Assembly (NCBI GenBank): GCA_030704615.1
Contig: CM060731.1
Span: 27,032,001-27,096,000 of the forward strand
Source of the DNA: Takakia lepidozioides
Taxonomy: Eukaryota; Plantae; Bryophyta
Direction of reading: 5' to 3'
DNA: 64,000 nt
Every line of letters starts with the position of its first letter. Within the stretch, counting starts at the first letter, position 1. Positions 1-11,757 of the stretch are shown piece after piece. Position numbers and translations under genes: made by a program. Under the pieces are notes generated by a model, which was not told where the DNA came from, searched no databases, and saw nothing but the letters and a program-made list of their open reading frames with translations.

Positions 1-29
1 GAGGAACTTGGCGCTAGAGGAGGAGGTGA

Positions 30-191
30 TGTCACGGACATAGCCCAGAGGAACTTACGAGGAGTAAATACCAGAAGTTACCAAGTTATCATGTTACCGA
101 AAGTTACCATGACTTACCGTGATTTATCATGATCTACCGTGATTTACCATTACTGACCAAGTTACCGGGAGTTTACCAAATTACCAAGAGT
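30..191 (+). repeat. 5' part (U3) of an LTR of chromovirus family B, preceded by a polypurine tract and interrupted by element A
   Basis: Positions 1-191 match about 12968-13157. AGAGGAGGAGGTGA (PPT) is followed by TGTCACGG. The sequence resumes at 8768 after element A. Confidence 0.9.
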
Positions 192-1316
192 TGTAGGTCG
201 AAGGGAGGTGACGAGCAAAACACGGAAGGTATGCAAGAAACAGACAAAGCGCGTAGGGTTTGTGGGGCTCAAGGATGCAATGAAGTCGCAATTTTTCATT
301 AAGGAGAAGCGGATGAAATCGCCAATTTTTCATTCAAACATGGATTGAGTACCAGATGAATTACGGGTTGGCAGAGGGAAGAAATGTGAGATCAAGTTAT
401 CATTGATGGGATGAAATCGCGGAAGTAAAGGAGATGCAGCAGTAATTTAGGAACAGGGTGGCCATATTAAATATTAGCAAGTGGCATGCAACTAAAAGAG
501 TGGTTGAGAAACAAAACACGTGGGAATCGTATGTTTTTAGAAGTTGATGGGCCTGTGGCAGGGGGATAAGACCCGGTGGCCGCCATACTTGATGTCCAAA
601 AGCTGTAGGATCTTAAATATTGTTGACTTGCTACGTGAAAGAGACGGCAGGATAAGGTGGAGTTAGGGATCAGCCCAAGTATAAAAGTAGTGGAGACTGG
701 ATGGTGATCTCTCTCTTTTTGTTCTAGTTTTCGGCTCTGAAGTAAAGACTGCGTTGATTGTGATAAAGTATGGGGCATGTGAATCATGTGAGATTTGAAG
801 TAGGAATGTAGCAACTAATGTTGAGGGAATGGTCATGTTTAGCTAGCATCATAAGGGGTGATAAGGATCATTGAGCTTAGGATCCAGCGTGCAAGTTGTA
901 TCCACGTAGAAGGAAGCTTGAGCGATTCCACTAACATGCCGGGAAGATTAGAAGTAGAGGTTGATCACAGCTAGTAGAGGGCAGTCCGTCCACCAGATTG
1001 TCTGCACACCCATGTAAGATCGACTTGTTAGCATGGCAGCAAAGTAGGATAGCACCTGAAGTATGAAGTAAGCAGCTCTGCAGTGTCATATGCGAGCGGT
1101 GCACGATACCAAATACAAAGGCAGAAGAAGATGAAGAGAAGGATCAAAGGAAGGCGACCACCTACCTGGGACGATAGTTAAGAAAGACAGTTAGCATGCT
1201 ACTTCAAAACAAGAAGTCAAATAATCCATTTAGACCAAGTTTTATTCTTCCGCTGCAGTCTGGTATAGATGGAGTACTAATGGGTTGTACAGGTATGGAT
1301 TTAGGACTTTCTTTTT
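192..1316 (+). repeat. Element A 5' long repeat (A1)
   Basis: Near-identical to 7629-8756, with scattered substitutions and a few short indels. Runs directly into the PBS without a terminal CA. Confidence 0.92.
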
Positions 1317-1327
1317 GGTATCAGAGC
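1316..1327 (+). promoter_or_regulatory. Primer-binding site complementary to initiator tRNA-Met 3' end
   Basis: TGGTATCAGAGC immediately after repeat A1; this is the standard plant tRNA-iMet PBS. Confidence 0.9.
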
Positions 1328-1589
1328 TTGGTCGACAGTGGACTAACTAAACAGTAAAGCGGGCGTTTCATCGTCAACTTTTGAGTTCAAAGAGATGGAA
1401 TGCAAGATGGTCAAGCTTGCAAGGGCGATGGTGTTGAAGGACTGCATCTACTATTCACATCAAAATGAAAAAAGGGCTGATGGCGAGCATAACAAATCAA
1501 TACAGGTGCTAGAAGATTACGAGAATGATGGAAGGAAGGGTTCAATGGAAACTGAATCACTGATTTAACAAGAACATCAGGATGACAAT

Positions 1590-2961
1590 CCTCCCTGGAG
1601 TTGCCGATGCACCATTTCACGGATGGGAGAGGGAAGATGTAAGAAATTGGATCGAAAGGCTACAGATGATTGGAGATATCAAGGACCTAAGCAAGGATAA
1701 ATTGTTCAAGGTTGCTAGGCTGAACCTACATGGGACAGCGGAGAACTAGTACCTGAGACAAGAACCGAGACCTTCAAACTGGATCGATTTTCGAGCTGCA
1801 ATCATTGGAAAGTTTGATCGAATGGACTTCACCGAGCATGACCTGAAATTACAGAAGTCACATGAAGGAAGAAGATTACTGGAACATTTGGAAACTACCC
1901 TATGGGAGGAGAAAGACAGTCAAAACATCTTCAACTCTGACTGTTATATTGACACATCAGACATCAAGGTCCATGAGAAGTACGTTGCAAGAAGAGCTGA
2001 GATACCTGGAAATCCTGCAAACACGACATTGCTACTTGAAACCAGACGCAATCACTGCCAAGAAGAACACATGGCTGCCGTCTGTCCCACAACAAGAACC
2101 ATTTTTGAATGTGAGAAAGATCACCAGGAAGGGCACGGGATAGAAAAGTGTGGTATTATGTGTCCCTCTTGCAAGATGCATGGACATTTTGAGTTGGAAT
2201 GTGAAATCAAACAGGAGCAACAGGGTGAATCAGTGACCTCTGCGAACTCTTATGGGGTAGATGATGAAGAAACAATAATAGCTGAGTATGAAGAGTGGAT
2301 TGCACAACATTCTACCAGAGAGGAGAAGGAAGATGATATTGTACAGGTCAAGGCGGAGACGATGAGAGAAGAGAAGTGGTCACATGAAGGATACCATTCA
2401 GTACAAGTCTCTGCAATTCCAACAGAAAGGGAAGTCAGTCCAACCAGAACAATAATAAAAATCAAGGACCAATCAGGCCTTCAGCAAAACAAAGGAAGGG
2501 ATGAGCTGAAGGTAAACAACTTGTTTGTACTCTCAGAGAATCAAGACCACAGTGGTAAGAAAAACCTGCCACCTCTTACTCAAATACCTATTGTGGATGG
2601 CAAGAAAACAAAGTCAGAAACAAAGGCATTTGTGAAGACAATGCCCATGAGCGAGCCTATGGCATTATTGTTGAACAAGGTACATGGAATGACATCTGAA
2701 GGAACACAAATGAGGGCTGCAGCAGAAGACGGTCACATAAAAGAAGTTCATGAGATGCAGGCTCAACATCTGGAGAAACCAGGTTTGATGACAACTAACT
2801 TGTTCCCTCTAAGGAGCAACAAAGTAAGGCTGAAGAAAGCAGGCTGGTATGTGGATTGCAAACTTTGGGAAAAAAAATTAAGTGACTTGGAAAAGAAGCT
2901 AAGAAATATCAGCAAGGAGTCAAACAAGTGGCGGACAAGCAAGAGAGAGTGGCTGATGTGA
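1590..2961 (+). pseudogene. Element A gag (capsid-like region, CCHC knuckle, low-complexity tail)
   Basis: In frame upstream of ORF 1822: FHGWEREDVRNWIERLQMIG...KVARLNLHGTAEN*YLRQ...WIDFRAAIIGKF (one stop). Zinc knuckle CPSCKMHGHFELEC. Confidence 0.75.
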
Positions 2962-3369
2962 CACATCCAATTGAGGGACATGTAGAAGGTGAGCACCCAC
3001 CTGCTACTGGTCCAAAAGAAAGCGGGCTGAGTTGGAATGGCACCAGGGAGGTAACTCAACCAGCCTATGGAAAGGAAGGTGCGAAACAGAAGATGATGAT
3101 ACGAAGGTTCAGAATGAGGAACAACATCAGATGCCCGCTGAAAATCTGGCCAAGAAACCAGCGAAATTAAAGCATGAAGTTGAACAACCACCTGTCGTTG
3201 GCAACAAAGGAAAACAGGTCAGATTTACATGGCACCCTGGAATTGAGGAGAGAAAAGGGAGTGGGACAGTGAGGGTAGACGTAGCTTCTTTGGTGGTGGA
3301 AGGAAGGGTGTTGAACCAGGAAAACCTGCACATGGAGGAAGCAAAACAGAAGACCAGCCCTGCAATTAC

Positions 3370-4625
3370 ACCAAGGGAGACATGGTCAGCAACATATACT
3401 ACAGCAGCTTGGAAACTCTCAGTGGTTTACAGCATTGGACTTACAAAGTGGGTTTTAGCAGATAAGGATGAAGGAGGAAGATATCAAGAAGACAGCGATC
3501 ATAACCAATAGAGGTCTTTACGAATGGCTTGTCATGCCCTTTGGTTTGAAGAACGCCACAACAACTTTTCAAAGGACGATGAACACGATGCTATCTAAAG
3601 AAATCAAGGATCATGTGAAAGTTTTTGTGGATGACATTAATGTCCACAGTCAAAGATGGGACAGTCATGTGCAAAACATCATGGGGGTTCTTAAAAAACT
3701 ACGAGAATACAATCTGAGGCTGAATCCAGACAAGTGCGAATTTGGCAATGAAGAACTAGCATTTCTGGGGCATGTGGTGAGTCGAGAAGGGATAAGACCA
3801 GATCCAAGGAAGGTCCAAGCCATACAGGATTTTCCAATACCTAACAGTGTCACCGCAGTTAAGAGTTACTTGGGTCTCACAACGTACTACAGGCCTCATG
3901 TGAAAGAAACTTTGTGGGTATGTTCGTAGAAAAATCATAGATTTTGCGAAATGATTATGAAATACGCAGGGACCAGGCGAAATTTGTTTGGAAGAGGACC
4001 GTTCGTAACTCGTTATAACTTATTTGTTAACATCAATTTTCCTTGTTCTCCAGCTTTCGGAGTTCATTGCAAATACCCATATACACTTCATGACCAAATA
4101 TGACACCATTGTAAATTTGTTTACAGGGTGAACTACTTCTTCCCCATCATATGAATGTAAATGTGAAAAAAACGCTGCTCATGTAATTGAAATTGGCAGG
4201 TGCCGCACATGTGCATTGTGTATTAACAAAATTGGTGATAGACAAACTTGGCGGAATGCCATCACTGTGTTTTCCAACAATATTCAAGGTACAACAAAAA
4301 TGCATATTGTATATGTACTATGCTGCTAGTCATTCAAAGCCTAGTCGTCACTGTCCGAGGATGTGGAATTGCACATACAGCGGTGCCGCTCTTTGATTTG
4401 ACAAAGAAAGACCAGGTTTTTGCATGGAATCACCAAGCGCACAATGCCTTCGAGACCCTTCATTGTGCGAACAGATCATAAGCCACTAGAATGGCTGGCC
4501 ACTGTAAGCGATGCCTATGGAAGGAGGGGCAGGTGGATCATGATGCTACAAGACTTTGACTTCAAAATCCAACACAGGCCAGGTATAAAGCACAGCAATG
4601 TAGATGCCCTCAGTAGGTTTCCAGT
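3370..4625 (+). pseudogene. Element A reverse transcriptase and partial RNase H, disrupted
   Basis: FTALDLQSGF*QI, KTA, MPFGLKNA, VFVDDINV, FLGHVV, SYLGLTTYYR, then RPFIVRTDHKPLEWL...HSNVDALSR. Contains a stop, an insertion, and a deletion of the RNase H N-half. Confidence 0.9.
3907..4365. other. ~460-bp AT-rich insertion of unknown origin inside RT connection region
   Basis: Removing it rejoins YYRPHVK-GIAHTAVPLFDLTKK in frame. No obvious terminal repeats. Confidence 0.7.
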
Positions 4626-4704
4626 TGAAGGGAAGGAAGAGAGAACTGACCCAGATATTTTCCTCCACAATCAGCATGCATCAATCAATCAGGGAGTAAT
4701 GGGA

Positions 4705-5005
4705 AGAGAATCTTATCTTGAACTGGAGATTACATTCACTGCAGGGATAGCTCGGGCAATGTTGATGAGGGTAGAGGGCACTGACAGCACTATCATAGCC
4801 ATACATGAGAGAAGTGTTAGTGAAGACAAGACAAGAGAGGCAGAGGTGCATTACTATCTACTGGTATGGGCTCTTTGGCAATTCAAAGAAAAACTAACTG
4901 GTGTATTTTTCAGAGTAAGGACTGACTTGAGGCCCTTGGTATGGAGAGATAAGGGAAGAATCAAGGGAGCTGACCTTACTATAGGTTTTGATTTTGAGCT
5001 AATCA
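4705..5005 (+). pseudogene. Second, degenerate RNase H-like domain
   Basis: YLELEITFTAGIARAMLMR...IIAIHER...EAEVHYYLLVWALWQFKEKLTGVFFRVRTDLRPLVW...GFDFEL follows the Ty3 RNase H motif order, but the first catalytic Asp is absent. Confidence 0.6.
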
Positions 5006-5660
5006 GCACTAGTGATCAAAAGACCAAAGAAAGAGGAAGAACATGTAGTAGCCCAAAGCAGCCACATTGATGAACAGCGAGAAAGCAAAAAAAAGAAAGT
5101 GAGGTTTGAGTTACTGCCTGGGATCAATACTATACAGCATGAGAGAAATCTGTTTGAGTTGATTACTGAAGAAAAGAGAGACAGAGAAAGGATGAGTGAT
5201 GGAAGGCAAAACAGGGAAGTGACAAAAGAGGACTTAGCTTTTGAGTTGAGTGGTGAAGAAGAGATTGATATGAAGGAGCCAACCCCTATCAGAACAAAGG
5301 AGCTAGAACAGCGAAGGGCCTGCTGGTATTGTAGACCAAGACATCAAAGGGCACAATGTCAGAACCGAATGGACGAGAACAAAGTGTTGCAGAGGTTGCT
5401 TGACATCAAGATGGGGGATGATATACCTAGGGTAAACATGGTGATGACAAGGAGTCAAGGGATGGAAGCACAAGAACAAGAGAATGAAGAAAACAAGCAA
5501 GAAAGTGATAATGGGCAAGAAAAAGATGATTGGAGAAAGCAGCAGGAACAAATCAGAGAAGAAGCTGATCATGACACTACTGAAGAAGATGAAGAATGGG
5601 GGCAGGGGCAAAGGGAAGAATTCTCCCTGAGTTCCAATGATAGTGGTGAAACAGGAGAGG

Positions 5661-6167
5661 TGTCGTGCACCTAAGCATCGTGCCACAACATACATCGCTG
5701 TCCACCACACAATCTAAGCACACAATCCTAGAAAGCTATACCACAATGATAAGAGATGATAAATGAGAGAAGTAGAAGACAATGAAAGCTCTCAAAGCAT
5801 GAAGCAATCACATGAAGAACAAGCCCTAGTCCTTCCAAGTGAAATCCACTCTATCACATAAACTAAGTCAAGCCAAAGGCACCTTTGCTAAAGGAATCCA
5901 CCCTACAAAGCCCTCAACACTCTCCCTCTCAATACCTAGAGCTATGGAGGTGAGAGAAGCTCATGGAGGCTCAACTACAAGAAGATGAGCCTCCTCAACA
6001 CTCACAAGGGGAAAACCTATCTCCACGTCTCAAGTGAGGCTCGACACCTTACTTGGCATGTGAGACCAAATGAAGTCCCAACACACAAAATATAAATATA
6101 AATATCTAAAATGTCCTAGTTAACTAGAAGTAGGTAATTCTAGATAACCATGACTAAAACCATGACA
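5661..6167 (-). mobile_element. Solo (A+B) LTR remnant related to element C, inserted in element A
   Basis: Ends TGTCGTG...CATGACA. TSD GAGG at 5657-5660 and 6168-6171. Positions 5661-5754 resemble the reverse complement of element C segment B plus its A/B junction (TGTCGTGC, TACATCGCTGTCCA, TACCACAATGATAAGA). Confidence 0.85.
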
Positions 6168-6329
6168 GAGGAGCCAAAATCACAGGGAGAAGACGAGCTC
6201 TTGGCCATCACGGTGAGCAAGAGAGGAAGTCCTATAACAAAAGAGATGCAGGTTAGTCTTTTACAAGCAGCAGAGCAAGACCAATGGGAGTGCGAAGATA
6301 CTGAAGAAAGAAAGAAAGAAAACAATGCA

Positions 6330-7582
6330 GACATATTGGATGATGTGCAAGCTATGCATATGATTACCTTTGGATAGGCAAATGACTACCTTGACAACAG
6401 GGAGATCAAGCCAATCAACAAAAGGACAGCAGGATATCAACTGATGAAAGGGAGGCTGACCTTCAAAGGCAAATGGGTACCAGAGAAGAAGGAGCGGGAG
6501 CGGATTATTCGAGACATCCACGAGGAAATTGGACATTATGAGTACACAACGAGGTGTGCAAGCGTTTTTTTTGGCACAATTGCACAAGGATCATCAAACA
6601 AGTACTCAAGACATGTTTGCAGTGTCTGATTGCCAAGACTTCTATTTCTTTAAGGTCAGGAGCCAAGGAACTGCAAAGCATACCTGTCAGGGACATCTTC
6701 TATCGAATCGCATTGGACACAGCACGACCACTACCAGTCTCGAGTGACGGCAACAGATATGCTTTAATTGCAATAGATCACTTTTCAAAGTGGATTGAAG
6801 TAGCTGCAGTTGCTGAACATACCTCAGAGCTTGCCAGTCGTTTCTTTGAAGAACAAGTAATGTACAAGTATGGAGTGCCGCATGCGGTGCTTACTGATCA
6901 TGGATCCAAGTGGGCGAAGGAGTTCGAAATCACATGCACAAAGTTCGGAGTCAAGCACGAAAGGTCAGCACCATACTGGTCGCAATGCAACGGGATGGTG
7001 GAGCGGTTAATTCGTTCTCTCAAAGAAAGCATGCTAGCTCTAAGTACACAAGGTAACAAGAAATGGGATAGAGCACTCTACAAGGCGGCGTTTGGGTATC
7101 GTGTGGGAATTCAAGCATCCACAGGTCTTGCACCATATATGGTGCTCACGGGAAGAACGATGAGGTTGGGGATCGACAATCGACTTCGACGCATTGGCGA
7201 GTTGGTGGAGCTCAACGACGATCAGGCATCAATGCAACAGATGATCGAAGGCAAGATACAAATAATACATGAGCTAGAAGGTGCATTAAGGGACAATGTG
7301 ACTGCTGCACAGGGAGCACAACAGAAAGCATACAAGCAATGACATAGATATGGGAAGGGACTTACAAAATTGCAGCCTGGTGAGCTCGTGATGATGATCC
7401 GACCAGGGAAGAAGCGAAATTTGGAATCGTCTTGGGAGGGACCATACAAATTTCAAGTCTATGTTGACAAACACCAAGAAGGAACAAGGAGTGAGGCAGA
7501 TCGAGTTTGTGTATTGCAGGACGGTGGAGGGAAACAATGGAGTAGATCACGACGTGATTTAAAGTTGCTGCAGGTGGAGTGA
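6330..7582 (+). pseudogene. Element A integrase (HHCC zinc finger, DDE core, GPY/F module), frameshifted
   Basis: IHEEIGH...CLQC; RIALDTA; IDHFSKWIE; VLTDHG; NGMVER; SWEGPYK. Confidence 0.9.
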
Positions 7583-7628
7583 GCGTTGTCCGGAGGGCCA
7601 GACAGCTTAAAATCGGAGGACTTACACC

Positions 7629-8756
7629 TGTAGGTCGAAGGGAGGTGATGAGCAAATGCAAGAAACAGACAAAGCACGTAGGGTTTGTGGGGCTCAAGGA
7701 TGCAATGAAGTCGCAATTTTTCATTAAGGAGAAGCGGATGAAATCGCCAATTTTTCATTCAAACATGGATTGAGTACCAGATGAATGACGGGTTGGCAGA
7801 GGGAAGAAATGTGAGATCAAGTTATCATTGATGGGATGAAATCGCGGAAGTAAAGGAGATGCAGCAGTAATTTAGGAACAGGGTGGCCATATTAAATATT
7901 AGCAAGTGGCATGCAGCTAAAAGAATGGTTGAGAAACAAAACACGTGGGAATCGTATGTTTTTAGAAGTTGATGGGCCTGTGGCACAGAGGGGGATAAGA
8001 CCCGGTGGCCGCCATACTTGATGTCCAAAAGTTGTAGGATCTTAAATATTGTTGACTTGCTATTTAATAATCACGTGAAGGAGACGGCGGGATAAGGTGG
8101 AGTTAGGGATCAGCCCAAGTATAAGAGTAGTGGAGACTGGATGGTGATCTCTCTCTTTTTGTTCTAGTTTTCGGCTCTGAAGTAAAGACTGCGTTGATTG
8201 TGATAAAGTATGGGGCATGTGAATCATGTGAGATTTGAAGTAGGAATGTAGCAACTAACGTTGAGGGAATGGTCATGTTTAGCTAGCATCATAAGGGGTG
8301 ATAAGGATCATTGAGCTTAGGATCCAGCGTGCAAGTTGTATCCACGTAGAATGAAGCTTGAGCGATTCCACTAACATGCCGGGAAGATTAGAAGTAGAGG
8401 TTGATCACAGCTAGTAGAGGGCAGTCCGTCCACCAGATTGTCTGCACACCCATGTAAGATTGACTTGTTAGCATGGAAGCAAAGCAGGATAGCACCTGAA
8501 GTATGAAGTAAGCAGCTCTGCAGTGTCATATGCGAGCGGTGCACGATACCAAATACAAAGGCAGAAGAAGATGAAGAGGATGATCAAAGGAATGCGACCA
8601 CCTACCAAGGACGATAGTTAAGAAAGACAGTTAGCATGCTACTTCAAAACAAGAAGTCAAATAATCCATTTAGACCAGGTTTTATTCTTCCGCTGCAGTC
8701 TGGTATAGATGGAGTACTTATGGGTTGTACAGGTATGGATTTAGGACTTTCTTTTT
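7629..8756 (+). repeat. Element A 3' long repeat (A2), flanked by ACTTACA copies (7620-7626 and 8757-8763)
   Basis: Direct repeat of 192-1316, preceded by ACTTACA-CC and followed by ACTTACA. Confidence 0.92.
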
Positions 8757-8767
8757 ACTTACAGAGT

Positions 8768-9211
8768 AACTTGGGAAATTAGTCAGGAAGCTTCCTTTGG
8801 AGGAAACTTCTCCATCAAGATACCTCATTTGTTTAAGGAAGCTTCTCCATCAAGAAACATTTGTTTAATCTTGAAAACTTCTCCAACAAGAAACCTCCAT
8901 AGGGGAAGCTTCTTGGGGAAGCTTCTTAGCAGTTCGTATATATAGGAACATGACTGAACACAAACAAGAGATAAGACTAGAGGTACAAGGCTAGACAAGA
9001 AGTCAAGGTCGGCGTGGCCGAATGCACGATGGGTAAATAGGAATCAAGACGATCTTTATAACAATGAACAAGAGTACAAGATATTGGAACACGATTTGAA
9101 TATTGGAATGCTGGAAACTGGACTGGAGTACGAGTTACTGGAAACTGGGCGAGGGTACTGGGAATTGGACTGGAGTATAGGGAATTGGAAACAAGAGTAG
9201 CTTGAACTGGT
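8768..9211. repeat. Family B LTR pieces: continuation of U3 (+, 8768-8947) fused to an inverted R-U5 piece (-, ~8946-9211)
   Basis: Matches about 13158-13337 on +, then about 11243-11510 on the same strand. Confidence 0.85.
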
Positions 9212-11171
9212 GAAAATCTTCGCTCGTCCTAGCTGGTCGAGAAGCCCAGAAATCAGCGGCAACGGATAACGATTTTTGTTTGTGACTTTGTTGAGACCGC
9301 GATAGTCGACACACATGCGTAATGATCCGTTTTTCTTTTTCACAAACAAGATAGGCGCCCCCGCGGGTGATTTGGAATGTCGGATGAAGTGCATTGACAA
9401 ATTTTCATCAATGTATTCGCGTAATGCAGCCAACTCCGTCTGGGATAAGTTATAGATTGGGTCGAATGGTGGTTGGGCTCCTTCTTGTAACTCAATTGCA
9501 CAGTCATAAGGTCGATGTTCTGGCAATATGTCTGCATTTTTCTTCTCGAAGACATATTTGAAATCTTGATATTGAGTGGGTAATGTTGAAGTCCTTTGTC
9601 TGTTGTGGTTTTGATCGGAGTCGCATAAAGTGCAAATGTCGCCTCCTTTTTGGTAACTCTCATGAAGGCTCTAGCTCCAAGAAACGGGGGTTGAATACCT
9701 TTGGTACTTTTGCGTTTTTGTCTTGCCGAAATTTTTCGTGATTGCCAGTCGATGTCAGGATTATGAAGTACAAACCAGGGAAGTCCAAGGATCACATGAT
9801 TCGTTGGAGACTGGATGACATTGAAAACAATCTGTGATGCTTGATTTTTAATCTTCACTTTAAGGGGTCGAGTTTCATGGTCAACATTTCCTGATGCTAA
9901 CGGTCGTCCATCGATAACTTCAACAGGGGCCGAGAATTTCTTTCTTACGAGCGTTAAATTGTGTTGCTTCGCAAAGTCTTTGTCAATAAAACACGCCGAA
10001 GCGCCCGAGTCCAAAAGTGCTTCTACAGAGATATCTCGATTTTGCATCCTAATCTTTACTAGAACTGTGAAACAAGATACAGGGTCTGGAGGTAGAAAAA
10101 GACTTTTTTCTGGTGAGGAATTTGGGGTGTCCAGCCGCATGGTCCCTACTGTGACTAGACATCTTCGTTTTCCGACCTCCTCGTATCGAACACTTGAGTG
10201 GTGCCCCGAGCTTTGAATCTTCTCTTGTTTGGGCAGTTTAATGCCATGTGATCATTTTCTCCGCAATAAAGGCATAATCCATTCGAGCGCCATCTTTGTT
10301 TTTCATGTGACGTCAATGGCTTGAATCGGACAGCATCAATCTGCATAGGATCATTACCGGATGTCTGATCGATCGTTGTATTTGGTGCCGTAGTAGCAGC
10401 GGCATGGTGCGTCGTCGACCATCCAGATCGCTTCTCTTGACGTCTTTCGAACAAACGATTATCGCATGCAATGACTTGGATGATGAATTTGCTCAGTGCA
10501 CTCACGTTTGACATTGTCAGCAACAAATCTTTAACATCATCTTTTAGGCCACATCGAAACTGACTAATGAGGCTCTTCTCATTCCAATCAAGGTCGCACG
10601 TAAGTTGTCGAAATTTGGCAGCATAAACGGAAGCTCGACGTGCTCCTTGTCGAAGATTTCGCATCTTTGTCTCTGCAACTCTCTCTCTATCATTCTCTCC
10701 AAACGTTGCAGTGAACTCGGACATGAACGCTTCAAAATTGTATAGTAAATGCAAATTTTACTCTAATAGCAGTGCAAACCAAGATAGGGCAGTGCCTGAT
10801 AGAAGGGTGCCCACGAATCCCACTTAAATACCTTCATCAAAGTAGGATTGTGGATGTAGTCGTATGAACAATCGTACTTGTTGAACAAAACCGCGAAATC
10901 TTGATCTCGTCCTATCAAATTTCTCGGGCATGCTGACCTTTGGTTCTTTTGTAATCTGTTGAAGATTTGGAGGAACCGTTGCAGTAGGATTTGTTGTAGT
11001 AGAGACTCGTAAGGTTGAAGATCCATTGTTCGACTCCTTAAACTCTGAAATTTGTTATTGCAAATTGTTGAGAGCATTGCCAAGGTCTTGAGACTGATCA
11101 GCTTGTAGTTGGGCAGTAGAGGCACAAAGTTCTTGCATCTAGAGCTGAAGACTCTGCAATGTGGCGACCAT
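9212..11171 (-). pseudogene. Family B (Tcn1/sushi-like chromovirus) gag-protease-RT N-terminus, truncated
   Basis: [96 protein letters not shown]. Several stops and frameshifts. Confidence 0.92.
10129..10173 (-). promoter_or_regulatory. Putative -1 programmed ribosomal frameshift signal between gag and pol
   Basis: G_GAA_AAC in the gag frame, a 6-nt spacer, then stem GTCTAGTCACA/TGCGGCTGGAC. Pol lies in the -1 frame and is open from the slip site. Confidence 0.65.
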
Positions 11172-11216
11172 TTCCGCAAATGTGTCTTCTATCTTAACTA
11201 ACTAAGGAACAAACTG

Positions 11217-11227
11217 CAGTCTCGCCA
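11217..11227 (-). promoter_or_regulatory. Self-priming-type PBS of family B
   Basis: TGGCGAGACTG, 3 nt after the LTR end, is complementary to CAGTCTCGCCA (13357-13367), which lies 30 nt after the LTR TATA box. Confidence 0.75.
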
Positions 11228-11230
11228 AAC

Positions 11231-11757
11231 TGTCAAGGACGAGAACATGACTGAACACAAACAAGAGATAAGACTAGAGGTACAAGGCTAGACAAGAAGT
11301 CAAGGTCGGCGTGGCCGAATGCACGATGAGTAAATAAGAATCAAGACGATATTTATAACAATGAACAAGAGTACAAGATATTGGAACACGACTTGAATAC
11401 TGGAATGCTGGAAACTGGACTAGAGTACCAGATACTGGAAACAAGGCTAGGGTACTGGGAACTGGACTGGAGTACGGAGAACTGGAAACAAGAATAGCTT
11501 GAACTGGTGTTGGTGAAACTGAAGAGAGTCCAGTCTCGCCTCCTATATATACTAGCTACTAAGAATCTTCCCTAAAAAGCTTCCCCTATGGAGGTTGCTT
11601 GCTGGAGAAGTTTTCAAGATTAATCAAAGGTTTCTTGATGGAGAAGTTTCCTTAAACAAATGAGGTATCTTGATGGAGAAGTTTCCTCCAAAGGAAGCTT
11701 CCTGAATAGTTTCCCAAGTTACTCTTGATAATTTGGTAAACTTCCGGTAACTTATGT
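11231..11757 (-). repeat. Family B 5' LTR (U3 start truncated)
   Basis: Reverse complement of about 13125-13646. Ends CCTTGACA next to the PBS. Confidence 0.9.

Larger units (their letters stand above)
192..8763 (+). mobile_element. Element A: degenerate Ty3/gypsy LTR retrotransposon with permuted LTRs, inserted in a family B LTR
   Basis: Ends are TGTAGGT...ACTTACA. TSD GAGT at 188-191 and 8764-8767, confirmed by the empty site at about 13148-13165. It has ~1.1-kb direct repeats, a tRNA-Met PBS, and gag-RT-RNaseH-integrase order. Confidence 0.92.

Noticed and set aside
187-191. 5-bp TSD readings (AGAGT for element A, AGAGG for the solo)
   Set aside because: They would require using the terminal A of the CA end; element C (CCAGG vs ACAGG) only allows 4 bp.
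467-814. ORFs inside LTRs (467-814, 8060-8254, 13450-13644, 37176-37574 and similar)
   Set aside because: Not conserved in length between repeat copies and without recognisable motifs; treated as chance ORFs.
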